Shown here: positions 37,213 to 45,388 of the stretch, piece after piece | Numbering within the stretch: position 1 is the stretch's first letter | Layout of the letters: each line of letters opens with the position of its first letter | Source of the DNA: a virus | IMG/VR virus record: IMGVR_UViG_3300030447_000342 | DNA: 64,000 nt | Reading direction: 5' to 3' (one strand) | The notes under the pieces: model-generated | Told to the model about the DNA's origin: nothing | The model's input: only the letters and a program-made list of their open reading frames with translations | The model's database searches: none | Position numbers and translations under genes: made by a program

Positions 37213-38414
37213 TCCTCTTCACCCGCCTTAAAGTTATAAATCGGCTTGATGATGGCATCAATAGTCACTGTTGGTTCGACATTGTTTACGATATCATCCA
37301 TACCTTTGTATGCCATCGGGCATTCATCGAGCGTGCTTCTTCCAACAGATGTAGTGTAGATACCCTCCATCTGCTTCTTGAACTCAGAAACTGTGAATGT
37401 CTCTTTCGCCGCGCTGCGGCTCATCAAACGCCCAGCTCCATGCGGGGCAGAGAAGTTCCAGTCTTCATTTCCTTTGCCGGTACACAGCAAACTACCGTCT
37501 CTCATGTTGATAGGAATCAGCAGCCGCTCACCAGCTTGTGCAGAGACCGAGCCCTTGCGAAGAATCATATTCTCTACATCGATGTAGTTGTGAATAGTTG
37601 TAAACTGCTCTTCGACATGGAAGCCCATACCCTTAACAATGGTGTCCATCATTGCTTGGCGGTTAAGTTCAGCAAAACGTTGAGCAATTTTCATGTCATG
37701 GATATACTGCTCAAACAATTCTCCCTCAACGTATGCAAGCTGCTTTGGAACTCCCGGCTTCTTCGCCTTCATGCCTTTAAGAACAGATTGGATTTCTTTT
37801 TGTCTTCCAGCCGCTTTTAACTCGTTGACAACCTCCTCGATTTCTTCCTTGGAATACGAGGTTAACGCCTTGAACGCAGCTTCCTGATAGAAGTTAGCAA
37901 TCTCCAGACCAAGGTGTCTACTACCGGAATGCACCACAATATAGATGTGTCCATCATCATCTTTGTTGGCTTCGATGAAATGATTCCCTCCACCAAGCGT
38001 ACCGATGCTTTTATATGCGCGGTCTACATTGACCATCTTTACACAGCACAGTTCCGACAGGTCGATGCTACTTGCATATCTATGAGCTTCTGTGCGAATC
38101 TCGAAACCGGACGGAACTCCTGCACGAATAACTTTGTCCAGCTTCTGCGGTTCGATATGCGTTTCTTTGATACGGATAGTTTCCATGCCGCATCCAATGT
38201 CAACGCCGACAAGGTTCGGGCAAATCTTATCCTTGATGGTCATCGTGGTTCCGATTGTACAACCAGCCCCAGCATGAATGTCTGGCATCATACGGACTTT
38301 GCTTCCCTCGATGTACGGTTGATTCAAAAGATTGATAACCTGAGAGATAGACTCATTATCGACCACGTCGGTAAACACCTTTGCGACGCCAAACTTACCC
38401 TGTAACTCAAGCAT
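37209..38414 (-). CDS. rtcB: RtcB RNA 3'-phosphate/5'-OH ligase
   Basis: MMPDIHAGAGCTIGTT..NLVGVDIGCGM and the HGAGR motif HGAGRLMSR. Confidence 0.85.
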   Translation of the reverse strand: MLELQGKFGVAKVFTDVVDNESISQVINLLNQPYIEGSKVRMMPDIHAGAGCTIGTTMTIKDKICPNLVGVDIGCGMETIRIKETHIEPQKLDKVIRAGVPSGFEIRTEAHRYASSIDLSELCCVKMVNVDRAYKSIGTLGGGNHFIEANKDDDGHIYIVVHSGSRHLGLEIANFYQEAAFKALTSYSKEEIEEVVNELKAAGRQKEIQSVLKGMKAKKPGVPKQLAYVEGELFEQYIHDMKIAQRFAELNRQAMMDTIVKGMGFHVEEQFTTIHNYIDVENMILRKGSVSAQAGERLLIPINMRDGSLLCTGKGNEDWNFSAPHGAGRLMSRSAAKETFTVSEFKKQMEGIYTTSVGRSTLDECPMAYKGMDDIVNNVEPTVTIDAIIKPIYNFKAGEEE

Positions 38415-38433
38415 TTGCCCGCCTCCTTTAAGA

Positions 38434-39222
38434 TTAGATTAGCGAAATCTTTTCGCTGTGTCCGCGATAGATACTGTCTGTGGTAAACACATGGCGGATT
38501 AAGCCATCCGTGAGAACTGTTCCGCTGTGAATTGTGTTTTCACAATGGGTCACATACAAATACACTTCATTCGCGCCAGCCTCTTTTAGTGCCTTAGCTG
38601 TAAAAGTGAATGTGCCACCGCGAGAACAAATATCATCGACAATCAGCACATTTCTATCGGCAACCTTTTCTGGGCTCGTCAGTTCCAGCCGTTCAATTTT
38701 CCCGGTGCGCCAGTCTCTATGCTTGATGCAGAACACATACTCTCTACCAGCTTGCGATGAATATCGTTTTGCTGCTCCCTCATCAGGATAGCACAACAAC
38801 ACATTTTTGTCATCCAACTTGTCCAGAGCTTTCTGGATGTGCGGCTGCGCGTCATATACCTTGACTCTGTCAAGCAATGCTGCTGATACATTCGAGTGAG
38901 GGTCATCGACTAACACGTCGTCAAAATCCAGCGTGTTGATAAACTCCGCAAACCATTTTAGCGTAAACACTTCGTCCGCATTTTTTACTCTATCCATTCT
39001 GGCATTTGGAATGTATGGGAGCAGCAAGCGGAGGCGAACGTCCCGGTCATGGTCGCGGATATGATTTACCAGATACCATAGAAGGATGCACTCCTCATCG
39101 CCGTCATACTTCCATGTGATATTGAAGATGCGAGTCATTGAGCCAAACGGATTATACCTGAAAGAGGTTGTACCATCGGGGAACTTTGTAAACTCGACCT
39201 GCTTGTCGTTGACAAGAATCAT
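38434..39222 (-). CDS. Ribose-phosphate pyrophosphokinase homolog (Prs-like; candidate ADP-ribose pyrophosphokinase Adps)
   Basis: Type I PRTase/PRPP-binding loop NVLIVDDICSRGGT. Prs-like N-domain. Confidence 0.75.
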   Translation of the reverse strand: MILVNDKQVEFTKFPDGTTSFRYNPFGSMTRIFNITWKYDGDEECILLWYLVNHIRDHDRDVRLRLLLPYIPNARMDRVKNADEVFTLKWFAEFINTLDFDDVLVDDPHSNVSAALLDRVKVYDAQPHIQKALDKLDDKNVLLCYPDEGAAKRYSSQAGREYVFCIKHRDWRTGKIERLELTSPEKVADRNVLIVDDICSRGGTFTFTAKALKEAGANEVYLYVTHCENTIHSGTVLTDGLIRHVFTTDSIYRGHSEKISLI

Positions 39223-39779
39223 GCCGTGACCCCCTCGTTCTCGATGTTAATCTGGCACATTTTCATTGCCGACAGTGCAGTCTTGTGACTCTCTGGTGTC
39301 ACGCCAGCGCAGCAGGAAGCATCGACCGTAATCTTAACTTCCGGCATAAACGCCTTGAGCAGCAAGGCATTTGAGATAACACAGATATCGGTACAAAGAC
39401 CGACAAGGACAATTTCTTCTATGCCATCACCAAACGCAACTTCTGGATATAGGCGACCAGCAAGTGCTAATGAACCAAACGTTTTCTTCTCGAAACCATT
39501 CATCTGGTCATCCGCTGGATGCTTGCTCTGAATTGCTGCTTTAACTGAGCTATGAATCTGCCAGCCATTACTTGCAGATATACAGTGTTTTACCGGCAAC
39601 AATCTTCCTTCTTGCGTTTCGAGGTAATCATCAGAATGGGTGTCTTGTGTCCACAAAACTTCCCCATCAAACTCTTCGATTTTCTTGACGACCTTCGGCA
39701 CAATAGCCTGTGCCTCTGGTGTCCCGAGCGTACCATCAATAAAGTCGTTCTGCATATCAACGACAACAAGAACCTTCAT
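39219..39779 (-). CDS. Isochorismatase-family cysteine hydrolase (PncA-like nicotinamidase candidate)
   Basis: VVDMQNDF, the conserved Lys FEKKTFGS, and the catalytic Cys in GLCTDICV. Confidence 0.7.
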   Translation of the reverse strand: MKVLVVVDMQNDFIDGTLGTPEAQAIVPKVVKKIEEFDGEVLWTQDTHSDDYLETQEGRLLPVKHCISASNGWQIHSSVKAAIQSKHPADDQMNGFEKKTFGSLALAGRLYPEVAFGDGIEEIVLVGLCTDICVISNALLLKAFMPEVKITVDASCCAGVTPESHKTALSAMKMCQINIENEGVTA

Positions 39780-39934
39780 TCTTCGCCCTCCGTTTTAAGC
39801 TTGTTCTTAATATTCTTTTCACGCTTACGGTTATAAGCTCGTTTATTTGGAACAATTTGAGTAACGGGGCGAGCACAAGTCCAGAAATTGCGTGCTTTCT
39901 TCGCTTGAAGTTTTCGCCTATTCTTGTCTGTCAT
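39780..39934 (-). CDS. Small highly basic protein (52 aa), translationally coupled; below the ORF-track cutoff
   Basis: MTDKNRRKLQAKKARNFW..KRAYNRKREKNIKNKLKTEGEE. GGAGG RBS 8 nt upstream. Its TGA overlaps the next ATG. Confidence 0.35.
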
Positions 39935-40216
39935 TGAACTCGCCTCCGGTTCTCAATTTGCCGACCGCTTTCCGCATGGGGCGTGATTGTTACAGAAGCC
40001 CCATGTGCACAAAGTGACATTTTTAGCAAGCAATTTCCGGGTTATTATTTTTATTCGCTGAATAAAAATTATAACCTCGGAAATGCGAGGCTAAAAATGA
40101 AGAACTCAAATCTTTTCTTCTGCTTTAAGCGAGAAGATACTACACGTTTTGCTGAGACATATGTATGTAGTCAATCTTCAAAGCGGTCTTTATCACAGCG
40201 GTTATCCGCTTATGTT

Positions 40217-40771
40217 TTAGGTCACAATACGTCTCCCATCCATGCTCAGGAGCTGTGCAAACGCCTCGTCTTCCTCTTGCTGCTTCTCCACCTCATCATT
40301 CTGGATAGCCACAAACACGACACTGCACATACCGATGAGGTCATCGATGGAGAAATCCTCTTCCTCAATGGTTTCGTCTTCGTCTGGTTCCTCTTCAAGA
40401 GAGTCGAGGAAGTCGTCATCTGCATCGGCGTACTCTTCATCTTCCTCTTCTTCGTCGTCCCATGCGCCGTAGTCATCGCCCCATTCGAGGACATCCTCTT
40501 TGTAGTCTTCGAAGTCATCGTCATCGAGACCATCATAATCAAAGGCGCTGTTACGACGGTAGTAATAGTACCCGCTGGGGAGGTTGCCAAGGAAGTCTCG
40601 GATGTCCCTCCAGCCGTAGTCGGCGATAGCATCGCGGATATCTTCTTCGACGCTGTCATCGTAATCATCATCGTCATAGATGTCCTCACAGACATCGCAG
40701 TCAAAGTCGTTGCAAAAGTCTTTCAGTTCACACCACTCAGTGATATTGTCAATAAATTCATTCCTTGTCAT
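40217..40771 (-). CDS. Extremely acidic (D/E/Y-rich) protein; candidate DNA mimic or anti-restriction protein
   Basis: 184 aa with long runs such as DDDDYDD, EEEEDEEYADADDD and EEEPDEDETIEEED. Confidence 0.5.
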   Translation of the reverse strand: MTRNEFIDNITEWCELKDFCNDFDCDVCEDIYDDDDYDDSVEEDIRDAIADYGWRDIRDFLGNLPSGYYYYRRNSAFDYDGLDDDDFEDYKEDVLEWGDDYGAWDDEEEEDEEYADADDDFLDSLEEEPDEDETIEEEDFSIDDLIGMCSVVFVAIQNDEVEKQQEEDEAFAQLLSMDGRRIVT

Positions 40772-40774
40772 GTT

Positions 40775-41257
40775 TTAATCCTCCATTTCCACTATTTCAG
40801 TTGAGACCCTAACGAGCTTGGACAATGCTTTTTCTGTCAGGAACGCATATTGTACGCCAAGCTGCGTACTGGTTAACTCTTTTCGCATTGCTGTAGCCGC
40901 CACGTCAATCGACACATTGCTATTTCTCAGCTTTGTAAATTTACTTTTCAAATTACTTCCTCCGCCAGCCATATATCCGATTACCAAATCGACATTTGGA
41001 GCGGTGCCGAGCCTTGAAGAAACCACGAACCGAAGCCAGTCCTCAGACCTTTCATCAAACTCCAGAACAGAGAGTCCATCCAAGTCTGTGAGCAGATATG
41101 TTTGGACATATCCCACCCGAGAGTTTTTAACTGCCATCGGCAAGGCATCGAAATAATTTTTGGCAAGATAAAAGCCGCATCCGAAATCTCGGTGCGGCTT
41201 ACACTTGTTCAGGGTTGGTACATCGAAATCTGCCGGAGTACCGTGATACAGATACAT
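40775..41257 (-). CDS. Hypothetical protein with an N-terminal L-Y-H-G-T motif
   Basis: MYLYHGTPADF: an HGT motif of the type seen in H-Y-E-class ADP-ribosyltransferases and Tpt1/KptA. Otherwise unassigned. Confidence 0.4.
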   Translation of the reverse strand: MYLYHGTPADFDVPTLNKCKPHRDFGCGFYLAKNYFDALPMAVKNSRVGYVQTYLLTDLDGLSVLEFDERSEDWLRFVVSSRLGTAPNVDLVIGYMAGGGSNLKSKFTKLRNSNVSIDVAATAMRKELTSTQLGVQYAFLTEKALSKLVRVSTEIVEMED

Positions 41258-41278
41258 GGCAACCCTCCTCTATAAAAT

Positions 41279-41355
41279 TGGTCTGGGTGAGAGGACTCGA
41301 ACCCCCGACATCTTGCTCCCAAAGCAAGCGCACTACCATCTGTGCTACACCCAGA
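41279..41355 (-). tRNA. tRNA-Pro (anticodon UGG), CCA encoded
   Basis: Cloverleaf parsed by hand. Anticodon loop TTTGGGA closed by CTTGC/GCAAG. T-loop TTCGAGT. 3' CCA. Confidence 0.8.
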
Positions 41356-41383
41356 TATAATGGTTTTGTTTCCGAACACACAC

Positions 41384-41444
41384 GCACTACTGATGGGTTC
41401 GAACCATCCTCACCATAAGCATCGCCATCAATGCTTAGTAGTGC
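41384..41444 (-). ncRNA. Aberrant 61-nt tRNA-like element: acceptor stem and T-arm present, only one internal arm, no CCA
   Basis: GCACTAC..AGCA[ttgatggcga]TGCT..GATGG TTCGAAC CCATC..GTAGTGC. Too short for D-arm plus anticodon arm. Confidence 0.3.
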
Positions 41445-41482
41445 GTGCCGGGGCAGAAAGGAAAACGGATATGTCAGTCCGT

Positions 41483-41558
41483 TGGAGCTGGTGACAGGGC
41501 TCGAACCCGCAACCCAGTGAGTACAAATCACTTGCGCTACCAATTACGCTACACCAGC
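41483..41558 (-). tRNA. tRNA-Thr (anticodon UGU), CCA encoded
   Basis: Anticodon loop TTTGTAC closed by AGTGA/TCACT. Acceptor GCTGGTG/CACCAGC. 3' CCA. Confidence 0.8.
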
Positions 41559-41602
41559 GTGCACCCTCGTCTTTCCGAGGTGTCAGCTTTTAGCTAAAAG
41601 GC

Positions 41603-41671
41603 TGCTGATGACTGGACTTGAACCAGCGGCTCGCACTTCCGGTGCTGCTCTACCAACTGAGCTACATCAGC
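41603..41671 (-). ncRNA. Aberrant tRNA-like element with a truncated anticodon arm (4-bp stem, 5-nt loop), 1-nt variable region, no CCA
   Basis: Normal acceptor GCTGATG/CATCAGC, D-arm GCTC AGTTGGTA GAGC and T-arm GCTGG TTCAAGT CCAGT. The anticodon region GCAC cggaa GTGC cannot form a 7-nt loop. Confidence 0.3.
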
Positions 41672-41785
41672 ATAGATACGCCCTGCGCCCGTAGGACTCC
41701 GTGTGCACCCGGCTGTGTCTCTTACAGAGATAACAGTTGAGTGATGAACTAACCGTACAAACGTAAGCATGACCAACAGAGCAGA

Positions 41786-41861
41786 TGGAGCTGGAACTCG
41801 GAGTCGAACCGAGAACCCACGCTGTACGAAAGCGTTACTCTACCAGTTGAGCTATTCCAGC
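41786..41861 (-). tRNA. tRNA-Thr (anticodon CGU), CCA encoded
   Basis: ACGCT TTCGTAC AGCGT anticodon arm. T-arm CTCGG TTCGACT CCGAG. 3' TCCA. Confidence 0.8.
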
Positions 41862-42020
41862 ATAGATGCCATCCTGAAACTATGGCGATGTCATTAACAC
41901 CACCAATACAAACTCACTATGATGGCAGTTTTGATAGCGTGAAAGGAGAATCATGGATAAATCATCGTGGCACAAGGGATTGCAGGGATAGAAAACAAGC
42001 TCTAATGCCGAAGATGATTT

Positions 42021-42095
42021 TGGCAGGGGCAGTAGGATTTGAACCTACGAATAACGGAGTCAAAGTCCGCTGTGTTACCGCTTCACCATACCCCT
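42021..42095 (-). tRNA. tRNA-Gln (anticodon UUG), CCA encoded
   Basis: GCGGA CTTTGAC TCCGT anticodon arm. D-loop AAGCGGTAA. Acceptor AGGGGTA/TGCCCCT. Confidence 0.75.
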
Positions 42096-42213
42096 GTATC
42101 TGCAGGCTCATGCAGCGGCGTCCCGCCAAACCAACCTGTAACCGACTTCCAGAGCAGGCTCTGACGTGTCGTAAAGGCATTTCCTTTAACGCATAATTTA
42201 ATGGTTTCTTACT

Positions 42214-42290
42214 TGGAGCGGCGTACCAGACTCGAACTGGCACCACCGGTTTGGAAGACCGGAGTGCTAACCGTTGAACACCAACACCGC
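42214..42290 (-). tRNA. tRNA-Gly (anticodon UCC), CCA encoded
   Basis: CCGGT CTTCCAA ACCGG anticodon arm. 3' GCTCCA. Confidence 0.8.
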
Positions 42291-42476
42291 ATGGTCGGCT
42301 TCTCGCTTAGATTGTCACACGCTACCGGCAACTACGCTCCGAAAAGTCGTAGCCCCTATTCCGTCAGGTCAAACCGGTCTTGACGCATCAAGACAAGCGC
42401 AGTTTTCAGCAAGCATTTTCATTCTTTGTGAGGTAAGCCGATAATCTCTCACATCAGTTGGGAGCTACCCAACAAC

Positions 42477-42552
42477 TGGCAGGGGTGAATGGATTCGAAC
42501 CACCATCTGACGGTTTTGGAGACCGCTATGTTAGCCATTGCACCACACCCCT
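42477..42552 (-). tRNA. tRNA-Trp (anticodon CCA), CCA encoded
   Basis: GCGGT CTCCAAA ACCGT anticodon arm. Acceptor AGGGGTG/CACCCCT. Confidence 0.8.
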
Positions 42553-42642
42553 TGGCGGAGTGGACAGGACTTGAACCTGCACATCCTTTCGGATTACTCA
42601 CGGTTTAGCAAACCGCTGCCTTACCGTTAGGCTTACCACTCC
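42553..42642 (-). tRNA. tRNA-Ser (anticodon GCU), long variable arm, CCA encoded
   Basis: GCGGT TTGCTAA ACCGT anticodon arm. Long extra arm. Directly abuts tRNA-Trp. Its 5' end overlaps the stop region of the downstream CDS by ~10 nt. Confidence 0.8.
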
Positions 42643-43314
42643 ATCGGGATTACTTTATTATACAGAGCAATAAACTGCTCATTGACCTGCTTGTCCACAT
42701 GATAATGTCCAAAGAACCACCGCTTGAATGTGAGGTCGGAACAAACCCTATCTAAAAAGCTGACCATCGGGTCGTTCTCGTACCAGCTTGCGAGCAGAGT
42801 CTGAACACTCCTTGGCGCACAATGTGTAATTACATAGTCAACTCGCCAATGATTTTGTTCGAGCGCTGCAATCGCTCGTTCCATTTCTTCTCTGGACGGC
42901 ATTTCCTCTTTCCACCATGAGATATGTTCCACGCGATACTCTTTATCAACAGAGCGAGCACCGCCCATGCAGAAGATTTTCTTTCCATCAATCGTGAGCA
43001 CCTGCCCTCTGTCCAGATGATAGATGTCAGGAGCGATTTCACGCACCTTTCCGCCAAATTTGTCAATCAGCGGGAACTGGTAGAGCATATCAAAGTTCTC
43101 ATGGTTGCCATCAATCCAAAGTGTCGTGAAGTTTTTCGCTGTCAGCCAGTCTTGCCACCACATCTCTCGATGCGAACCGTCCCAGCAGAGTCCAAAATCG
43201 CCACATATGATTACGAAATCATTCTTCGTCAATTCCTTTTGTTGTGGGAACTTTGTTGTATTAAGCTTGGCAATATCAATGTTTGCGTGTGTATCTCCAG
43301 TGACATAAATCATG
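42633..43314 (-). CDS. Calcineurin-like metallophosphoesterase
   Basis: MIYVTGDTHAN, ICGDFG and GNHEN metal-binding motifs. AAAGGAA RBS before the Met at 43314. Confidence 0.65.
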
Positions 43315-43579
43315 CTCAGTTCCTTTCTCATCTGCAGTCCATATGTATATTCTGTTCTGGTCTCTTCGTTTATCTCCTGTAGCGACGGGATTTAGATGAG
43401 CTGAAAGCGAGTTCAAATCCCAAGCGGCGATGATGAAATCATTGGGAGACAATGGGTTCGACAGTCGCTCATCGGATGGAGATGACAAGACATCCCGAAT
43501 AGTTTTAATGAGCTGTACAGCGAGCTTAGGCGCCTTCGCAGCAGGCTGCGGGCGGGGAATTGTGCTGTCCAGCAAAGTG

Positions 43580-43630
43580 ATACTTCAGCCTTTGGCGTGA
43601 AGCACATTCCTTACGAAATGTTATTCACTG
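43580..43630 (-). repeat. Copy A of the conserved two-hairpin RNA-like motif, ~300 nt downstream of the RT gene
   Basis: Minus strand: CAGTGAATAA-[ACATTTC GTAA GGAATGT]-GC-[TTCAC-G-CC AAA GGC TGAAG]. A GNRA-tetraloop hairpin followed by a GCC/GGC-capped hairpin. Confidence 0.6.
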
Positions 43631-43735
43631 CAAATGATAATTTGATTATCCTGTAATCTACATTGAGGTAGCTCCCTACGAGGAGGAGCTCCGGCACCCA
43701 GTGACTGGCGTGCGACATCTTTTGGTCGTCTCGTT

Positions 43736-43762
43736 GAATCCATTGTGGCACAATGGATTCAA
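43736..43762. other. Perfect 12-bp hairpin with a 3-nt loop, inside the structured non-coding region between motif copies A and B
   Basis: GAATCCATTGTG gca CACAATGGATTC. Confidence 0.5.
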
Positions 43763-43861
43763 GTGATTCGGGCTGCTCACCGGTGGTTCGCAGCCTCGAA
43801 GGATGACTTGAGTCTGCAGGTGAATGCGCCTCCGGGGAGGTTTTCCTCCCTATCAAGTTGT

Positions 43862-43912
43862 TACTTATGCCTTTGGCGATAAGCATTGCTTTCGCAATTA
43901 TGCATTACAGGA
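43862..43912 (-). repeat. Copy B of the two-hairpin motif, 20 nt downstream of the RT stop codon
   Basis: Minus strand: CTGTAAT-GCATA-[ATTGC GAAA GCAAT]-GC-[TTATC-G-CC AAA GGC ATAAG]-TAACAA. Confidence 0.6.
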
Positions 43913-43932
43913 TTGCGGGTTATTTATAGACG

Positions 43933-45069
43933 TTACCGCAGGTCGTCCTTCATCATGCGGATTACATCCACATTCATTTTCTTGTTGATGTAAGCTACAA
44001 TTGCGTCGATGGTCTCTTTTTCGACCATACGATAATAGCTATGCAGACCATACATTACCTGTACATCATTCCGCTCCCAAGCGACACCATTGTTCTTATC
44101 TGTGATGTAATTGTACAGCATTGACTGGAACTGCTTTTTCTTTTTATGACCGACCGTAATCTCGTTGTCCTTATTCAGCATAACGCCAAGATTCCAGTTG
44201 CGCCCCGCTGATGAACCATACCGAGTCTTGCTTGCATTGATTGTGAATGGGGCACCAAAACTGCTCAATGTACTTACTACCAGCTCTTCAACAGAGCGAA
44301 CATCAAAATCATACTTGGATGAAATAATGAAGTCATCCGCATATCTGGTATAAATGAAGCTCTGTTTTTCAAAATTACGGAGCGTATTCGACAGTTTGAA
44401 ATCAACCGGAATCATCATTACGTTTGTGATGAGCGGTGAAATTGGGGTGCCCTGCGGTAGCCCACCATTTAAGAACGCTAACGACATAGCTGTCCGCAAT
44501 GCTGCCTCGCCCTGTGGCTCTTTTACAATCTCACTAAAAGGAAAAACCATCGAGAACATTGAGATGGCATAATCCAATGTTGTGCTGCCAAAAAAGTCGT
44601 GCAGGTCAAGCTTTGCGAACCATTTGCTGCTGTTCTTCTGGTGACGCTTAACCGCATCGACTGTACTCCGCTTCTTTACATAAGCAAACGCGGCAGTATG
44701 ATAGAGTGCATGGAAATCATCCTCGAAAATCGTTTTGAGTCTTCTCAAGGCGTCCATCAGCTCTGCCTTTGGCGCATCGATTCTACGAAGACCACCAGAT
44801 TTCTTTGGGATGTAAAAGGTCTCATACAACTCGCTCCGTTCCTTTGCACGAAGCTCTGCTGTATCGTTATTAAATCGCACGAGTTTTCCGATTAAAGCTT
44901 CAACACCAATCTTGCTGGAAAAATGTTCACTGACATTTTCGACCTCGTATGTTCTTGTGTTTGCAATATTGGCATTGACAACCGGAGGTGTCTGATAGTT
45001 TTGAAACAGGTACTCTTCCAGTGTCATCTGATGATAAATCGGTGACTGCCTAACAGTGATATAGACCAT
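43933..45069 (-). CDS. Reverse transcriptase. Retron/group-II-like RT motifs, no maturase or endonuclease domains, and no DGR-type SQ motif.
   Basis: FYIPKKSGGLRRIDAP (RT motifs 1-2). AYVKKRSTVDAVKRH (region 2a, NAxxH-like). LDLHDFFGS (motif A). LPQGTPISPLITN (motif B', QGxxxSP). YTRYADDFIISS (motif C, YADD). FTINASKTRYG and NLGVML (motifs 6-7). AAGGAGG RBS. Confidence 0.8.
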   Translation of the reverse strand: MVYITVRQSPIYHQMTLEEYLFQNYQTPPVVNANIANTRTYEVENVSEHFSSKIGVEALIGKLVRFNNDTAELRAKERSELYETFYIPKKSGGLRRIDAPKAELMDALRRLKTIFEDDFHALYHTAAFAYVKKRSTVDAVKRHQKNSSKWFAKLDLHDFFGSTTLDYAISMFSMVFPFSEIVKEPQGEAALRTAMSLAFLNGGLPQGTPISPLITNVMMIPVDFKLSNTLRNFEKQSFIYTRYADDFIISSKYDFDVRSVEELVVSTLSSFGAPFTINASKTRYGSSAGRNWNLGVMLNKDNEITVGHKKKKQFQSMLYNYITDKNNGVAWERNDVQVMYGLHSYYRMVEKETIDAIVAYINKKMNVDVIRMMKDDLR

Positions 45070-45095
45070 TTCTTCCCCTCCTTGTCCAATAACTA

Positions 45096-45104
45096 ACTGT
45101 AACC
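45096..45104. repeat. Short inverted repeat ACTGTAACC, just upstream of the RT start, complementary to the CGTTACAGT segment of motif copy C (a1/a2-like)
   Basis: rc(ACTGTAACC) = GGTTACAGT versus CCGTTACAGT at 45429-45438: 8 of 9 nt match. Confidence 0.3.
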
Positions 45105-45388
45105 TACATATGTCTGCTGCTTCCCAGAATTCCTAAGTCTGAAGACTACGTCGTCCCTGTGGGAGGTGGTGCGAGCTCTTGCAAGATGCGAGATTTTTTT
45201 TCTTTGATTTCATTGCGACTGAAAGCATGAGTCTGATGTTAGCACATTTCGTCCTTGTATCGAAGATTTGGCGAAAAGTGCTTGACATTTGGTTTGCTTT
45301 ATGGCGTGATGCTGCCGACCCGTGGCAGCCGGTTTGCTTTCAGGGTTCCACCGCGTCATCCTCCGGGGGTCATCCTCCCGACAATTTG

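Noticed and set aside
40246-40704. 152-aa minus-strand ORF in an alternative frame of the acidic-protein gene
   Set aside because: It is a low-complexity (S/T/M-rich) frame-shifted shadow of the D/E-rich gene. The D/E frame has the start and RBS.
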